From Bacilli bacterium (GTDB taxonomy: Bacteria > Bacillota_I > Bacilli_A > RFN20 > CAG-826), in assembly GCA_024680795.1 (NCBI GenBank), contig JAILBR010000062.1, forward strand, positions 44,825-108,824: a stretch of DNA of 64,000 nt, in the 5' to 3' direction. Positions 8,192 to 18,091 of the stretch are shown one piece after another. The position numbers were made by a program, and so were the translations under genes. The notes under the pieces are model-generated. The model was not told where the DNA came from, searched no databases, and saw only the letters and a program-made list of their open reading frames with translations. How positions within the stretch are numbered: position 1 is the stretch's first letter; the number at the start of each line of letters is the position of its first letter.

Positions 8192-9997
8192 ATGGAAACT
8201 TTTACTGGAAATGATTTACTAGAACCTATTGAAATATACCGTTCTAGACTTAAAGACGCTTTTCACGATAATGCTGAAAAGCAATTTCAAGAAATGACTG
8301 ATCGCGCTAAGACAAATGTTCAAGCCAATCAGGATTTTTGCAAAATTTATTATGATGAAATGGCGATTGTCAATCGCTTGAAGAGAAGTAGAAACTGGAG
8401 AATTTTCTTCTTGGTCATGACATTTATTTTGGTGACTGCTGCAATGGTTCTTGGGGTTCTATTTGTAATTGGAAAGATTGATGTCGCTAACGCTATTTTA
8501 TTTGGCGTGTTATGTTTTGTTGCTGGAATTGGTCTTATTGTTCTCGCTATTTTCTTAATAAAGAAAATCACTGAGCTACAGTCTGAGATTAATAAGCATC
8601 TAGAAATAGCAGAAAAAGCAAAAGCGGATGCTTGGAACGAAATGTTATCCTTATTTAATTTATATGAATATAATATGGCCGCTTCATTGATGACAAAAAC
8701 AACCCCATTATTACAACTTGATCCTGTCTTTGATGGAGAGAAGTATGAATTCTTACATGAAAAATATGGATATGAAGCCTATCAAGGTAATGATATTTCA
8801 ACAGTGTTTGTCCAATCTGGCTCGATTTTAGGCAATCCTTTTGTTTTTGAGAAGAATTATGTACAAACCATGCGTGACCACACTTATAGTGGACACTTAA
8901 CTATTAGCTGGACTGAAAGAGTATATGATGGAAATGGTAAATCCCATACTGAACATCGTACTCAAACATTAACTGCTTATTATGCTGCACCAGAGCCTTG
9001 CTATTATTTAGATACATGGCTAATTTATGGTAATGAAGCAGCTCCAAATCTATCTTTTTCAAGATATCCAACTAATGTTAATAATATGAGTGATAAACAA
9101 ATCGAACGTTTCGTCAAGAAAACAGATAAGAAACTCGATAAGAAAGTCGCTAAAGATTTGACCGATGGAGATGATACAACAAACTTCACAAAAATGGATA
9201 ATGATGAGTTTGATGCTTTATTTGGCGGCATTGACCGTGATAACGAAGTGGAGTATCGCTTACTTTTCACACCTTTAGCTCAAAAGAACATGCTAGCTTT
9301 ATTAAAAGGTAAAGAAGTGGGTTTCGGCGATGACTTTATCTTCAAAAAGAAGAAGAAACTTAATTATATTAAGTCACAACATCAACAAAATAGTGATTCC
9401 TTGGATAAAGATCCAGAAACACTAAAACATTTTGACTGGAAAGAAGCTAAAGCGATATTCGTAAATTACTGCGATAAATATCTTAAAGATGTATTCTTTG
9501 ATTTAGCGCCACTTATTTCTATTCCTCTATACCAACAACATAAAACTATTGAATATATGTATGAGAATAAATTTAATCATAATGTCACTCAAGCAGAAGC
9601 AGAAGCAGCTGCAAATTCGCACAATATCAACTTCTTTAAGCATCCTGCCACTCGTAGTTTAGGCGTTATTTTAAAGAGCAGATTTATGAAGCAAGAAGAA
9701 GATTCCGATATTTGTGAGATTACCGCTCACTCATTCCAAGGCTTTGACCGTGTTGAATATGTTCCAGTAGTTGGTGGAGATGGCAAAACACATATGGTAC
9801 CTGTTCCATGGATTGAATATGACCCAATTAGTAAGGTAACTCCAATCCTAGTTAAAGATACAAAACAAGATAAAGTAACTTTTGACCAAAGTTACGGAAG
9901 CGGTGGATTTAACGATTTATTAAACAAATTTAATTCCACTGGTGATATAATTTATAAGAAAAGGATTTTCTCTTTCATTATGAAAGATAAAAATTAG
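8192..9997 (+). CDS. Hypothetical protein: cytoplasmic N-terminus, two TM helices (aa ~70-125), coiled segment, large C-terminal domain of unknown function
   Basis: 601-aa ORF with no recognisable catalytic motif. A TAAAAT -10 box ends 9 nt before the ATG and there is no Shine-Dalgarno sequence. Confidence 0.55.
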   Translation: METFTGNDLLEPIEIYRSRLKDAFHDNAEKQFQEMTDRAKTNVQANQDFCKIYYDEMAIVNRLKRSRNWRIFFLVMTFILVTAAMVLGVLFVIGKIDVANAILFGVLCFVAGIGLIVLAIFLIKKITELQSEINKHLEIAEKAKADAWNEMLSLFNLYEYNMAASLMTKTTPLLQLDPVFDGEKYEFLHEKYGYEAYQGNDISTVFVQSGSILGNPFVFEKNYVQTMRDHTYSGHLTISWTERVYDGNGKSHTEHRTQTLTAYYAAPEPCYYLDTWLIYGNEAAPNLSFSRYPTNVNNMSDKQIERFVKKTDKKLDKKVAKDLTDGDDTTNFTKMDNDEFDALFGGIDRDNEVEYRLLFTPLAQKNMLALLKGKEVGFGDDFIFKKKKKLNYIKSQHQQNSDSLDKDPETLKHFDWKEAKAIFVNYCDKYLKDVFFDLAPLISIPLYQQHKTIEYMYENKFNHNVTQAEAEAAANSHNINFFKHPATRSLGVILKSRFMKQEEDSDICEITAHSFQGFDRVEYVPVVGGDGKTHMVPVPWIEYDPISKVTPILVKDTKQDKVTFDQSYGSGGFNDLLNKFNSTGDIIYKKRIFSFIMKDKN

Positions 9998-10024
9998 ATT
10001 CATTGAAAATTAAGGAGGCAAAAT

Positions 10025-10675
10025 ATGGCAAACGATTTAGATGAATTAACTGGTCCAGTAAATGATCAGGGTAGAGATGTTAATGTTATTAACAAACAAA
10101 TTCCAGTCACCGTTGGTGTTGGAAGTAAAGTATTTGAGGTCGCATTATGGGTAATGCTAGTTATTCCAGGACTAATTTTCCAATTAAAGAAAGTTAAAGC
10201 TGGCAACTATTTTGATCAACTTCAACAAAAATTACAACACGATGCATCCACAATCGATAACTATCTTGAACAAAGAGTTATGATTCTTCAAAATGCAGCA
10301 AAGATTTTAGACAAGGCAATCGATTTAGATAAGACAACTTTTGCTGAAATCGCTAAAAACAGAAATGGTGGTAATTTCACCCAAGCTTCACAACAAATCG
10401 ACAATGTTGAAAGAGCAATTAATGTTGCCATGGAAGCATATCCAGATTTAAAAGCACACGCTGCAATCCAAGATGCAATGCAACAAAATAACTACTTACA
10501 AAGAGAAATTACTGCAGCTAGAGAAGTCTATAACAATACAGTTAACCAATGGAATAAAGATATTTTCAAATGGCCAGTCAAACAAATCGTCGCTGCAAAA
10601 CGTGGTTACACAACTAGAATTCCATTCACAACCACAAAAGAAATTAAAGAAAAAGCACGTGATGTATTCTTCTAA
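10025..10675 (+). CDS. lemA: LemA family protein with a ~35-aa N-terminal extension before the TM helix
   Basis: C-terminal '[17 protein letters not shown]...[25 protein letters not shown]' matches the conserved LemA core (NYPDLKA...ENRIAxARxxYNxxVxxYNxxIxxFP). RBS AGGAGG. Confidence 0.7.
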   Translation: MANDLDELTGPVNDQGRDVNVINKQIPVTVGVGSKVFEVALWVMLVIPGLIFQLKKVKAGNYFDQLQQKLQHDASTIDNYLEQRVMILQNAAKILDKAIDLDKTTFAEIAKNRNGGNFTQASQQIDNVERAINVAMEAYPDLKAHAAIQDAMQQNNYLQREITAAREVYNNTVNQWNKDIFKWPVKQIVAAKRGYTTRIPFTTTKEIKEKARDVFF

Positions 10676-10695
10676 TATTAAAAAAGGAGCTAAAA

Positions 10696-11244
10696 ATGAA
10701 ATACAGATGTAAAGTATGTGGCCAAATCGTTGAAGTCGCCGAAGGCGAACCATGTCCAATCTGTGGCGCTAGCCACGACAAACTCGAACCAATGAAAGAT
10801 GAACAACCTGGTGAATTAAGCTGGGCTTGCGAACATGTCATTGGTGTTGCTAAGGGCGTTGATGAATTCGTTCTTCAAGGCTGTAGAGACCACTTCAAAG
10901 GTGAATGTAGCGAAGTTGGCATGTACCTCGCTATGGCTAGACAAGCTTTAAGAGAAGGTTATCCAGAAGTTGCTTTACTATTTGAACAAATTGCCAAGGA
11001 AGAAGCAGAACATGCAGCAAGATTTGCTGAAATGCTTGGCGAAGTCGTTGTTGCTGATACAAAAGCAAATATCGAGAAGATGCTTGCTGGTGAAAATGGT
11101 GCTTGCCAATCCAAATTAAGCATCGCTAAAAGAGCAAAGGAGCTTAATTTAGATCCAATTCATGATTCTGTTCATGAAATGGCAAGAGACGAAGCTAGAC
11201 ACGGCAAAGCTCTTGAAGCAGCTTTAAAAAGATACTTTAAATAA
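10696..11244 (+). CDS. Rubrerythrin-family protein with N-terminal rubredoxin-like CxxC...CxxC domain (reverse rubrerythrin)
   Basis: Motif 'CKVCGQ...CPICG' followed by the ferritin-like 'EAEHAARF...EARHGKA'. GC content is higher than the flanking DNA. Confidence 0.8.
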   Translation: MKYRCKVCGQIVEVAEGEPCPICGASHDKLEPMKDEQPGELSWACEHVIGVAKGVDEFVLQGCRDHFKGECSEVGMYLAMARQALREGYPEVALLFEQIAKEEAEHAARFAEMLGEVVVADTKANIEKMLAGENGACQSKLSIAKRAKELNLDPIHDSVHEMARDEARHGKALEAALKRYFK

Positions 11245-11265
11245 TTTAAAGAATTAACCAAATAA

Positions 11266-11291
11266 GGGAGCAAAATTATTGCTCCTTTTTC
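11266..11291 (+). terminator. Rho-independent terminator after rubrerythrin
   Basis: Stem ggagcaa/ttgctcc followed by TTTTT. Confidence 0.6.
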
Positions 11292-11307
11292 TTTATAAAA
11301 ATATAAT
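11279..11307 (+). promoter_or_regulatory. Promoter TTGCTC-17-TATAAT. The -10 ends 6 nt before the rarA ATG, suggesting a leaderless mRNA.
   Basis: Hexamers at 11279-11284 and 11302-11307. No SD before the ATG at 11314. Confidence 0.5.
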
Positions 11308-11313
11308 AGTCAT

Positions 11314-12549
11314 ATGGCAACTCCACTTGCAGATTTAATTAGACCAACCTCATTAGAAGAAATGGTGGGACAAGAACACTTATTTGGCAAAGATAGTGTC
11401 TTTAGAAAAACAATTTCTAGAAACATTATCCCAAATATGATTTTTTATGGTCCTCCAGGAGTTGGAAAAACTACAGTAGCAAATATAATTGCTAAAAATA
11501 CAGAGATGTTGCTATATAAACTTAATGGTACAACCGCTAATCTAGATGACATCAAGAAAGTAATCGATGATTCTAAAAGCGTTTTTGCCGGCAAGGGCGT
11601 GCTTCTATATTTAGATGAGATCCAGTATTTTAATAAAAAACAACAACAATCACTTTTAGAATATGTCGAAAAAGGACTAATCACTTTGATTGCTTCAACC
11701 ACTGAGAATCCATATTTTTATATTTACCCCGCTCTTATTTCTAGATGCAGTGTATTTGAATTTAAACAAATCACCAAATCCGATATTAAGAAAGGTTTAA
11801 AGAGGGTTGTTGATATTAAAAATATCAAAATTACAAACGATGCAATCGATTTACTAGCGGGTTCCGCTAATGGAGATATGCGTAAAGCAATCAATAATTT
11901 AGAGTTCTTATATAATGCGTTAGGAGAAGATAAAAAGATTACCGTAAAAGAAGTAAATGAAGTTGTTCCAAAAGCTAATATTTCATACGATAGAGGCGAA
12001 GATAAACATTACGATCATCTAAGTGCCTTTATGAAATCTTTAAGAGGTAGCGATCCTGACGCAGCAATTTTTTATCTAGCTAAGATGTTAGAGGCTGGCG
12101 ATATTGTCGCGGTTTCTAGACGTTTATTATGCTCAGTTAACGAAGATGTTGGCCTTGCCTATCCTCAGCTAATACCAATCGTTAAATCATGCGTAGATAC
12201 CGCTTTGCAACTTGGTATGCCAGAAGCAAAGCTTCCTTTAAGTAACGCGACGATTTTAATCGCCACAGCGCCTAAGAGTAATTCTTCATATATGGCCTAT
12301 GCCAGAGCAGTTAATGATATTGAATTAGGAAAGGGATTATCGGTTCCTAGATGCCTTCAAAACACCCATTTTGATGGTGAAGACGCTGCAATTAAAGGCC
12401 AAAATTATAAATATCCACACGATTATAAAAATCACTGGGTGAAGCAACAATATTTACCAGATGACATCAAAGATGTCACATACTATATTTATGGTGATAA
12501 TAAATTAGAACAAGCTACTAAAGAATATTGGGAAAAAATCAAAAAATAA
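11314..12549 (+). CDS. rarA: Replication-associated recombination protein A (AAA+ ATPase RarA/MgsA)
   Basis: Motif 'MIFYGPPGVGKTT'. 411 aa. Confidence 0.9.
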   Translation: MATPLADLIRPTSLEEMVGQEHLFGKDSVFRKTISRNIIPNMIFYGPPGVGKTTVANIIAKNTEMLLYKLNGTTANLDDIKKVIDDSKSVFAGKGVLLYLDEIQYFNKKQQQSLLEYVEKGLITLIASTTENPYFYIYPALISRCSVFEFKQITKSDIKKGLKRVVDIKNIKITNDAIDLLAGSANGDMRKAINNLEFLYNALGEDKKITVKEVNEVVPKANISYDRGEDKHYDHLSAFMKSLRGSDPDAAIFYLAKMLEAGDIVAVSRRLLCSVNEDVGLAYPQLIPIVKSCVDTALQLGMPEAKLPLSNATILIATAPKSNSSYMAYARAVNDIELGKGLSVPRCLQNTHFDGEDAAIKGQNYKYPHDYKNHWVKQQYLPDDIKDVTYYIYGDNKLEQATKEYWEKIKK

Positions 12550-12551
12550 CT

Positions 12552-13454
12552 ATGGATAGTTTGAAGAGTTTACTTGACGCTAAAAAATATGAATTAGTGA
12601 TAAAATTAACTGAAAAATCTTTAAAGGGTGAAGATCTTTTTTATCGTATAGCGGCCTTTATTTGCCTGGGTAAATATGATGAGGCCTTATACGTAATTCA
12701 AGACAATCAAGAAATATTAGAAAAAACTAATATGGCCGCCTTGATTAAAGTTCATATTGAACTTTTATGCGTCTTAGAAAGATATGAACAAGCCCATGCT
12801 ACTTTGGATTATTATTCAAATCTTCCTTATCAATCGCAAGTTGTGGAAGAAATGTTAAGGGACGCACCTAAAATAATAGAAAAAGAAGAAAGAAAAGTAT
12901 CTTCTAAATTTATTAATGATGATGACATATTTGATAAGCTAAATTCTAGTGACAAAGAAGAAGTCTTATTTGCGATTGATTTAGTGAGAAAAAGAGATAT
13001 TTTCACTTATTTAAGTGAAATAGCAAAGATAATGGTTAACAATGAAAGCCAATTTGTTAGAAGTTTGGCTTTAATGTTACTCGTAGAAAAAGAAGTGGAT
13101 AGAGACCTAAGATTTAAGTCTTTTAGTGGCGTTATAACCGTGAATCCTAAACATCTAACTCCTCCATTTACCGGTGATAAATTTAATACCATTTTGCGTA
13201 TTATGGATAGAACATTTAAGGATGCTTCTTTAAGCCATAACGGAGCGCAAATACTTTCTTCATATGTCATTTATACATATCCAAAAACCATTGAAAAAGA
13301 CGAGGAAGAAATTGCTTTAGCCATCTTCTATGTTGCTAGAAAATTAATGTCTATTGACGCTGATATAGAAGTGGAAGCTAGAGAAAAGAATCTAGATTTA
13401 GATAAAGTAAAATCCTACATTGATTTAATAAATATTTGCATTGAACAAATGTAG
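12552..13454 (+). CDS. Hypothetical protein (TPR-like N-terminus). The start is likely ATG 12552, immediately after the rarA stop.
   Basis: The ORF track starts at 12528, inside rarA. The ATG at 12552 is in the same frame and lies 2 nt after the rarA TAA. Confidence 0.5.
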   Translation: MDSLKSLLDAKKYELVIKLTEKSLKGEDLFYRIAAFICLGKYDEALYVIQDNQEILEKTNMAALIKVHIELLCVLERYEQAHATLDYYSNLPYQSQVVEEMLRDAPKIIEKEERKVSSKFINDDDIFDKLNSSDKEEVLFAIDLVRKRDIFTYLSEIAKIMVNNESQFVRSLALMLLVEKEVDRDLRFKSFSGVITVNPKHLTPPFTGDKFNTILRIMDRTFKDASLSHNGAQILSSYVIYTYPKTIEKDEEEIALAIFYVARKLMSIDADIEVEAREKNLDLDKVKSYIDLINICIEQM

Positions 13455-13569
13455 TCAAAAAGTCAGAAGAAGGGGGATTCATCGTGGAATTTGACCTTCT
13501 TTTTTATTTTTGATACGCAAAAAACATTATCGTTTTTTCTTTTTTAGAGAAAAGTTTAAAGTATTTTGC

Positions 13570-13598
13570 TTGTCTATAATTATAAATTCATTTATAAT
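13570..13598 (+). promoter_or_regulatory. Promoter TTGTCT-17-TATAAT upstream of tig
   Basis: Hexamers at 13570-13575 and 13593-13598. RBS AAAGGAG before the ATG at 13636. Confidence 0.45.
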
Positions 13599-13635
13599 CT
13601 ATCACGCATGTAAAATTTGAAAAGGAGAATCAAAC

Positions 13636-14919
13636 ATGGAAAGAAAAGTAACAAAATTAGAAAACTGTCATGTTCAAGTTGATGTTGTCGTCGATGAAAA
13701 AGTATGGCAAGACGCTCAACAAAAAGCTTTAAACAAGTTAGCTGCTAAAGTTAAAGTCGATGGATTTAGACCTGGAAAAGCTCCAATCGCTATGGCTAAG
13801 AAACACATTGACCCAGCTAAATTATATGATGAAGCGTTAAATATCGTTTTACCAATCGCATATCGTGACGCTCTTGAAAACGAAAAGCTTGAACCATTCG
13901 CACAACCAAAAGTCGATGTTCTTAAATTATCTGAAAATCAATTAGAAGTCAGATTTGTTATTATCACCTCCCCAGAAGTGACATTAGGACAATATAAAGG
14001 CTTAAAAGTCGGCAAAACAAACGTCGAAGTCACAGACAAAGATGTCGATGATGAAATCAATAAGTTAAGAGAACAAAACGCTTCTTTAATTTTAAAAGAA
14101 GGTGAAGCCGTTCTTGGTGATACATTAGTATTCGACTTTGTCGGCTCTATTGATGGAGTTGAATTCGAAGGCGGTGCTGCTCAAAACTATTCATTAGAAC
14201 TCGGTAGTGGACAATTCATCCCAGGATTTGAAGATCAATTAGTTGGCACAAAAGCTGGTGAACATAAAGACGTTAATGTCACATTCCCAGAACAATATGG
14301 TGCCCCTGAATTAGCAGGAAAAGCTGCTGTCTTCGCTTGTGATGTTCACGAAGTGAAAGAAAAGAAATTCCCTGAATTAGACGATGAATTTGTCAAAGAT
14401 TTAGGCATTAAAGATGTAGAAACAGTAGCAGCTTTAAAAGAAAACAAGAAAAACGAATTATTAGTAAATAAAACAAACCAAGCAAAATCCGAATACCTCA
14501 ACAAGTTATATGATGAAATTGCTAAAGGCTCAAAGATTGCTATCGCTGAAGAAATGATTGAAAGCGACGCTGACAGAAATATGCAAGATATGGAAAGAAG
14601 AATGCAACAATCTGGCTTAACTCTTGATCAATATCTTGGTTATATTGGTCAAAAGAAAGAAGACTTTGTCGCTAAATTAAGAGAAGACGCAAAGAGAAAT
14701 ATCACTAACTACTTCATGTTAGAAGCTATCGGTGCTGCTGAAAAAATTACAGTTAGCGATGAAGATGTTGATTTCGAGATTGCGAAGATTGCTTCCGAAA
14801 ACGACACTACAGTTGAAGAAATTAACAAGGTGTTAGATTCCAGAAATCAACGCGCTCAATTCAAAAATAACCTCAGATTAACTAGAATTGAAGATTTCTT
14901 ATACGAAAACAATGACTAA
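13636..14919 (+). CDS. tig: Trigger factor
   Basis: N-terminal ribosome-binding signature 'GFRPGKAP'. 427 aa. tig-lon-engB synteny. Confidence 0.9.
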   Translation: MERKVTKLENCHVQVDVVVDEKVWQDAQQKALNKLAAKVKVDGFRPGKAPIAMAKKHIDPAKLYDEALNIVLPIAYRDALENEKLEPFAQPKVDVLKLSENQLEVRFVIITSPEVTLGQYKGLKVGKTNVEVTDKDVDDEINKLREQNASLILKEGEAVLGDTLVFDFVGSIDGVEFEGGAAQNYSLELGSGQFIPGFEDQLVGTKAGEHKDVNVTFPEQYGAPELAGKAAVFACDVHEVKEKKFPELDDEFVKDLGIKDVETVAALKENKKNELLVNKTNQAKSEYLNKLYDEIAKGSKIAIAEEMIESDADRNMQDMERRMQQSGLTLDQYLGYIGQKKEDFVAKLREDAKRNITNYFMLEAIGAAEKITVSDEDVDFEIAKIASENDTTVEEINKVLDSRNQRAQFKNNLRLTRIEDFLYENND

Positions 14920-14951
14920 TTAATTAGTCAAACTGAAAGGAGGAGAAGTAT

Positions 14952-17285
14952 ATGGCAGAAAAACCATCATCTGTAACCCTTCCATTACTTATTACTAAAG
15001 GTCTTGTTCTTTTTCCAGCTAATACTCGCTTAATCGATGCTGGAAGAGACTTTTCCATGAATGCTATCAATGTAAGTAGAGAAAAAACCGACTCGCTTAT
15101 CTTGATTACTTCACAAATTGACGTCAATGACGATAACCCAACCGCAAGTGATATCTATAATGTTGGCGTTATTGCAAGAATTCAAAGTGTATCAGAAAGA
15201 GAAAATCGTCTTAGAGTAAGAGTGGAGGTAATTGACAGAGTCACATTATCACACATCATCTTTGATGATGAAGAAAAAACTTTCGTATGCCAAGGCATTT
15301 TCCTTGATCAACTAGTGGTAAATGAACAAGAAAGCGAAGAAATAGTGCAAACTATCAATCGCGAAATAAATAAATACCCACAGGTTTTATCACACTTACC
15401 AAAAAGTATTATTAATTTAACCGCTAATAATGCTGCTGGTATTGAACTTTGTTATGCCTTAGCTGGTTATTTTGATGCACCAGTTGAAACTAGACAAAAA
15501 TTACTTGAAACAAATGATAGTGTATTCCTTTTACAAACTATCGTGGCTTTAATTAACGGTGAAAATACAAAAACTGAAATCGAAAATAACATCTCTAATA
15601 CAATTAGAGAATCAACAGAAAAAAGCCAAAAAGAATATTATTTAAGAGAAAAACTTAAGGCCGTTAAAAAAGAATTAGGCGAAGATGTTGGTGGTAAAAA
15701 TGATCCTGATACCATTTTAGCTAACCTCGATAAGTTCCCTTATCCAGAAAACATCAAAGCCAAAGTTAGATCAGAAATTAAAAAATATGAAATGATGCCA
15801 CAAGGCTCATTAGAAGCCGCTCTTATCCTCTCTTATTTAGATGTCATCATGTCTATTCCATGGTGGCAAAAAACTGAAGATAATGATGATTTAGCTAATG
15901 TCGAAAAGATTTTAGACGAAGATCATTATGGATTAGAAAAACCAAAGAAACGTATTGTGGAATATCTCGCTGTTAAAAAATTAACAGGCAGTTTAAAGAG
16001 CCCAATCTTATGTTTCTATGGTCCTCCAGGAACCGGTAAGACTTCTTTAGGAAAATCTATCGCAAGAGCGTTAGGAAGAAAATTCTTTAAATGCTCTCTA
16101 GGCGGTATTTCTGATGAAGCAGAAATTAGAGGACACAGAAGAACCTATGTAGGTTCTTTGCCTGGAAGAATCATTCAAGGCATGAGAAAAGCAGGTGTCA
16201 CAAACCCTGTCTTCTTACTTGATGAAGTTGATAAACTTGCTTCCAGTTATAAAGGTGATCCAGCCAGTGCGTTATTAGAAGTTTTAGATCCAGAACAAAA
16301 CTTCATCTTTAACGATAACTATGTGGAAGAACCATACGATTTAAGTGATGTTTTATTCATTTGTACCGCTAACTATTTGGAAAATATTCCTGGCCCATTA
16401 AGAGATAGACTAGAATTAATTCCATTAAATAGCTATACCGAAATTGAAAAGAAACATATTGCCTTCGAGCACTTAATTGCAAAGCAAGTAGCAATTAATG
16501 GTTTGAAAAACGAGCAAGTTAGCTTCACCGAAAGTGCAATTGAATATATTCTTCACTATTACACTAGAGAAGCTGGTGTTCGTGAACTTGAAAGAAAGAT
16601 TGCTTCTTGCTTAAGAAAAGTAGCAGTAGCTATTGTTAAAGATCCATCAATTGAACATATCGAAATTGATGATAAAAAAGTCAGAGAATATCTCGGTATC
16701 GAAATCTTTGATTATTCAAAGAAAGGCAAAGAGCCACAAGTCGGTGTGATGACTGGCTTAGCTTATACCGAATTTGGTGGGGACATTCTTTCTATCGAAG
16801 TTAACCACTTTAAAGGAAAAGGTGGCATTGTCTTAACCGGTAAACTTGGTGAAGTGATGAAGGAAAGTGCGACTATCGCGTTAGATTATGTGAGATCAAA
16901 TGCTGAAAAATATAAGATTGATCCAGAAATCTTCGCTAATAGCGATATCCATATTCACGTACCAGAAGGTGCGGTTCCAAAAGATGGACCTAGCGCTGGT
17001 GTGGCCTTAACTCTTGCCATCATCTCTGCATTAAGTAACCGCCCTATATCACAAGATATAGGTTGTACTGGTGAAGTCACATTAAGAGGACTTGCCTTAC
17101 CTATCGGTGGCTTAAGAGAAAAATCTCTTGCGGCGTTAAGAAGTGGTTTAAAAACTATCATGGCACCAAGAGAAAATAAGAGAGATGTTGATGAACTTCC
17201 TCAAGAAGTGAAAGACAATCTAGAAATTATCCTCATTGATAATGTCGATGATGCATATAAAGTAGTATTTGGAAATGACGATTAA
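14952..17285 (+). CDS. lon: ATP-dependent Lon protease
   Basis: Motif 'GPPGTGKTS' and the catalytic Ser motif 'DGPSAG'. 777 aa. Confidence 0.95.
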   Translation: MAEKPSSVTLPLLITKGLVLFPANTRLIDAGRDFSMNAINVSREKTDSLILITSQIDVNDDNPTASDIYNVGVIARIQSVSERENRLRVRVEVIDRVTLSHIIFDDEEKTFVCQGIFLDQLVVNEQESEEIVQTINREINKYPQVLSHLPKSIINLTANNAAGIELCYALAGYFDAPVETRQKLLETNDSVFLLQTIVALINGENTKTEIENNISNTIRESTEKSQKEYYLREKLKAVKKELGEDVGGKNDPDTILANLDKFPYPENIKAKVRSEIKKYEMMPQGSLEAALILSYLDVIMSIPWWQKTEDNDDLANVEKILDEDHYGLEKPKKRIVEYLAVKKLTGSLKSPILCFYGPPGTGKTSLGKSIARALGRKFFKCSLGGISDEAEIRGHRRTYVGSLPGRIIQGMRKAGVTNPVFLLDEVDKLASSYKGDPASALLEVLDPEQNFIFNDNYVEEPYDLSDVLFICTANYLENIPGPLRDRLELIPLNSYTEIEKKHIAFEHLIAKQVAINGLKNEQVSFTESAIEYILHYYTREAGVRELERKIASCLRKVAVAIVKDPSIEHIEIDDKKVREYLGIEIFDYSKKGKEPQVGVMTGLAYTEFGGDILSIEVNHFKGKGGIVLTGKLGEVMKESATIALDYVRSNAEKYKIDPEIFANSDIHIHVPEGAVPKDGPSAGVALTLAIISALSNRPISQDIGCTGEVTLRGLALPIGGLREKSLAALRSGLKTIMAPRENKRDVDELPQEVKDNLEIILIDNVDDAYKVVFGNDD

Positions 17286-17853
17286 TTTTTTAAACGCAAC
17301 TTTTGCCAAAAGTGCACCTAGTTTAAAAGAAGCACCTCAGGGGCAATTCCCTGAGGTTTTGCTCGTCGGCAAAAGTAACGTTGGAAAATCGTCCTTAATC
17401 AATGCTTTATGCAATAAAAAAGCTTTAGCGTTTACTTCAAGCAAACCAGGGCATACCAGATTATTAAATTATTACAATATTGATAACAAAATCTATCTAG
17501 TGGACGCCCCTGGGTATGGATACGCTAAGGGTGGATTTGATTTAGATAAGTTATTCGGTGAGATGATGGATGACTATTTCACCAACGCCAGTAGATTAAA
17601 ATTGGTTCTAGTTTTATTAGATTCTAGAAGAGAACTAAGCGAAAACGATGTAGATATAATTAATTTCATCAGAGAAAAAGATATCGATCACTGTTTAGTT
17701 TTCACTAAATCAGACAAAATTAATCAAAGCGAGAAAGCACATTTATTAAAGCATTTAAGTGAAATTGGAGTAGAAAAAGATGAAATAATCTTTACTTCCA
17801 CATTAAAAACGAGGACTTTTGATTCTTTAAGAAACAAAATCTCTTCTATATAA
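17275..17853 (+). CDS. engB: Ribosome biogenesis GTP-binding protein YsxC/EngB
   Basis: Motifs 'GKSNVGKSSLIN' and 'DAPGYG'. The ORF track start at 17269 is a TTG codon, so the ATG at 17275 is more likely. Confidence 0.85.
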   Translation: MTINFLNATFAKSAPSLKEAPQGQFPEVLLVGKSNVGKSSLINALCNKKALAFTSSKPGHTRLLNYYNIDNKIYLVDAPGYGYAKGGFDLDKLFGEMMDDYFTNASRLKLVLVLLDSRRELSENDVDIINFIREKDIDHCLVFTKSDKINQSEKAHLLKHLSEIGVEKDEIIFTSTLKTRTFDSLRNKISSI

Positions 17854-17879
17854 ATAAAAAATAAGTATATAATGACTAC

Positions 17880-18075
17880 GTTCGATGAACTAGAGGAGTA
17901 ACTAGACAAGCTTCTTATAGAGAGTCAGGGATGGTGGAAGCCTGATAGAAGAATCTAGCGAAGGTCGCTAGGGAGAACTGATTCTAATAATTTAGATAAA
18001 TAAGTGCCAGAATAGATTTCTGGAACTAAGGTGGTACCACGCGAATCGCGTCCTTAGACAGGGCGTTTTTATTTT
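17880..18075 (+). ncRNA. T-box riboswitch leader of valS (Val specifier GUA)
   Basis: The specifier-loop context 'GGAGUAAC' has GUA at 17898-17900. The AGAGA box lies at about 17919. The T-box consensus 'aactaaGGTGGTACCacgcg' is at 18024-18043, followed by a helix and a U-tract at 18066-18070, immediately upstream of the valS RBS. Confidence 0.6.
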
Positions 18076-18091
18076 ATTAGGAGGTAACAAC

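Noticed and set aside
12528-12551. Upstream start for the hypothetical gene that overlaps rarA by 22 nt
   Set aside because: An in-frame ATG at 12552 sits exactly after the rarA stop. The upstream extension (MGKNQKIT) is probably not translated.
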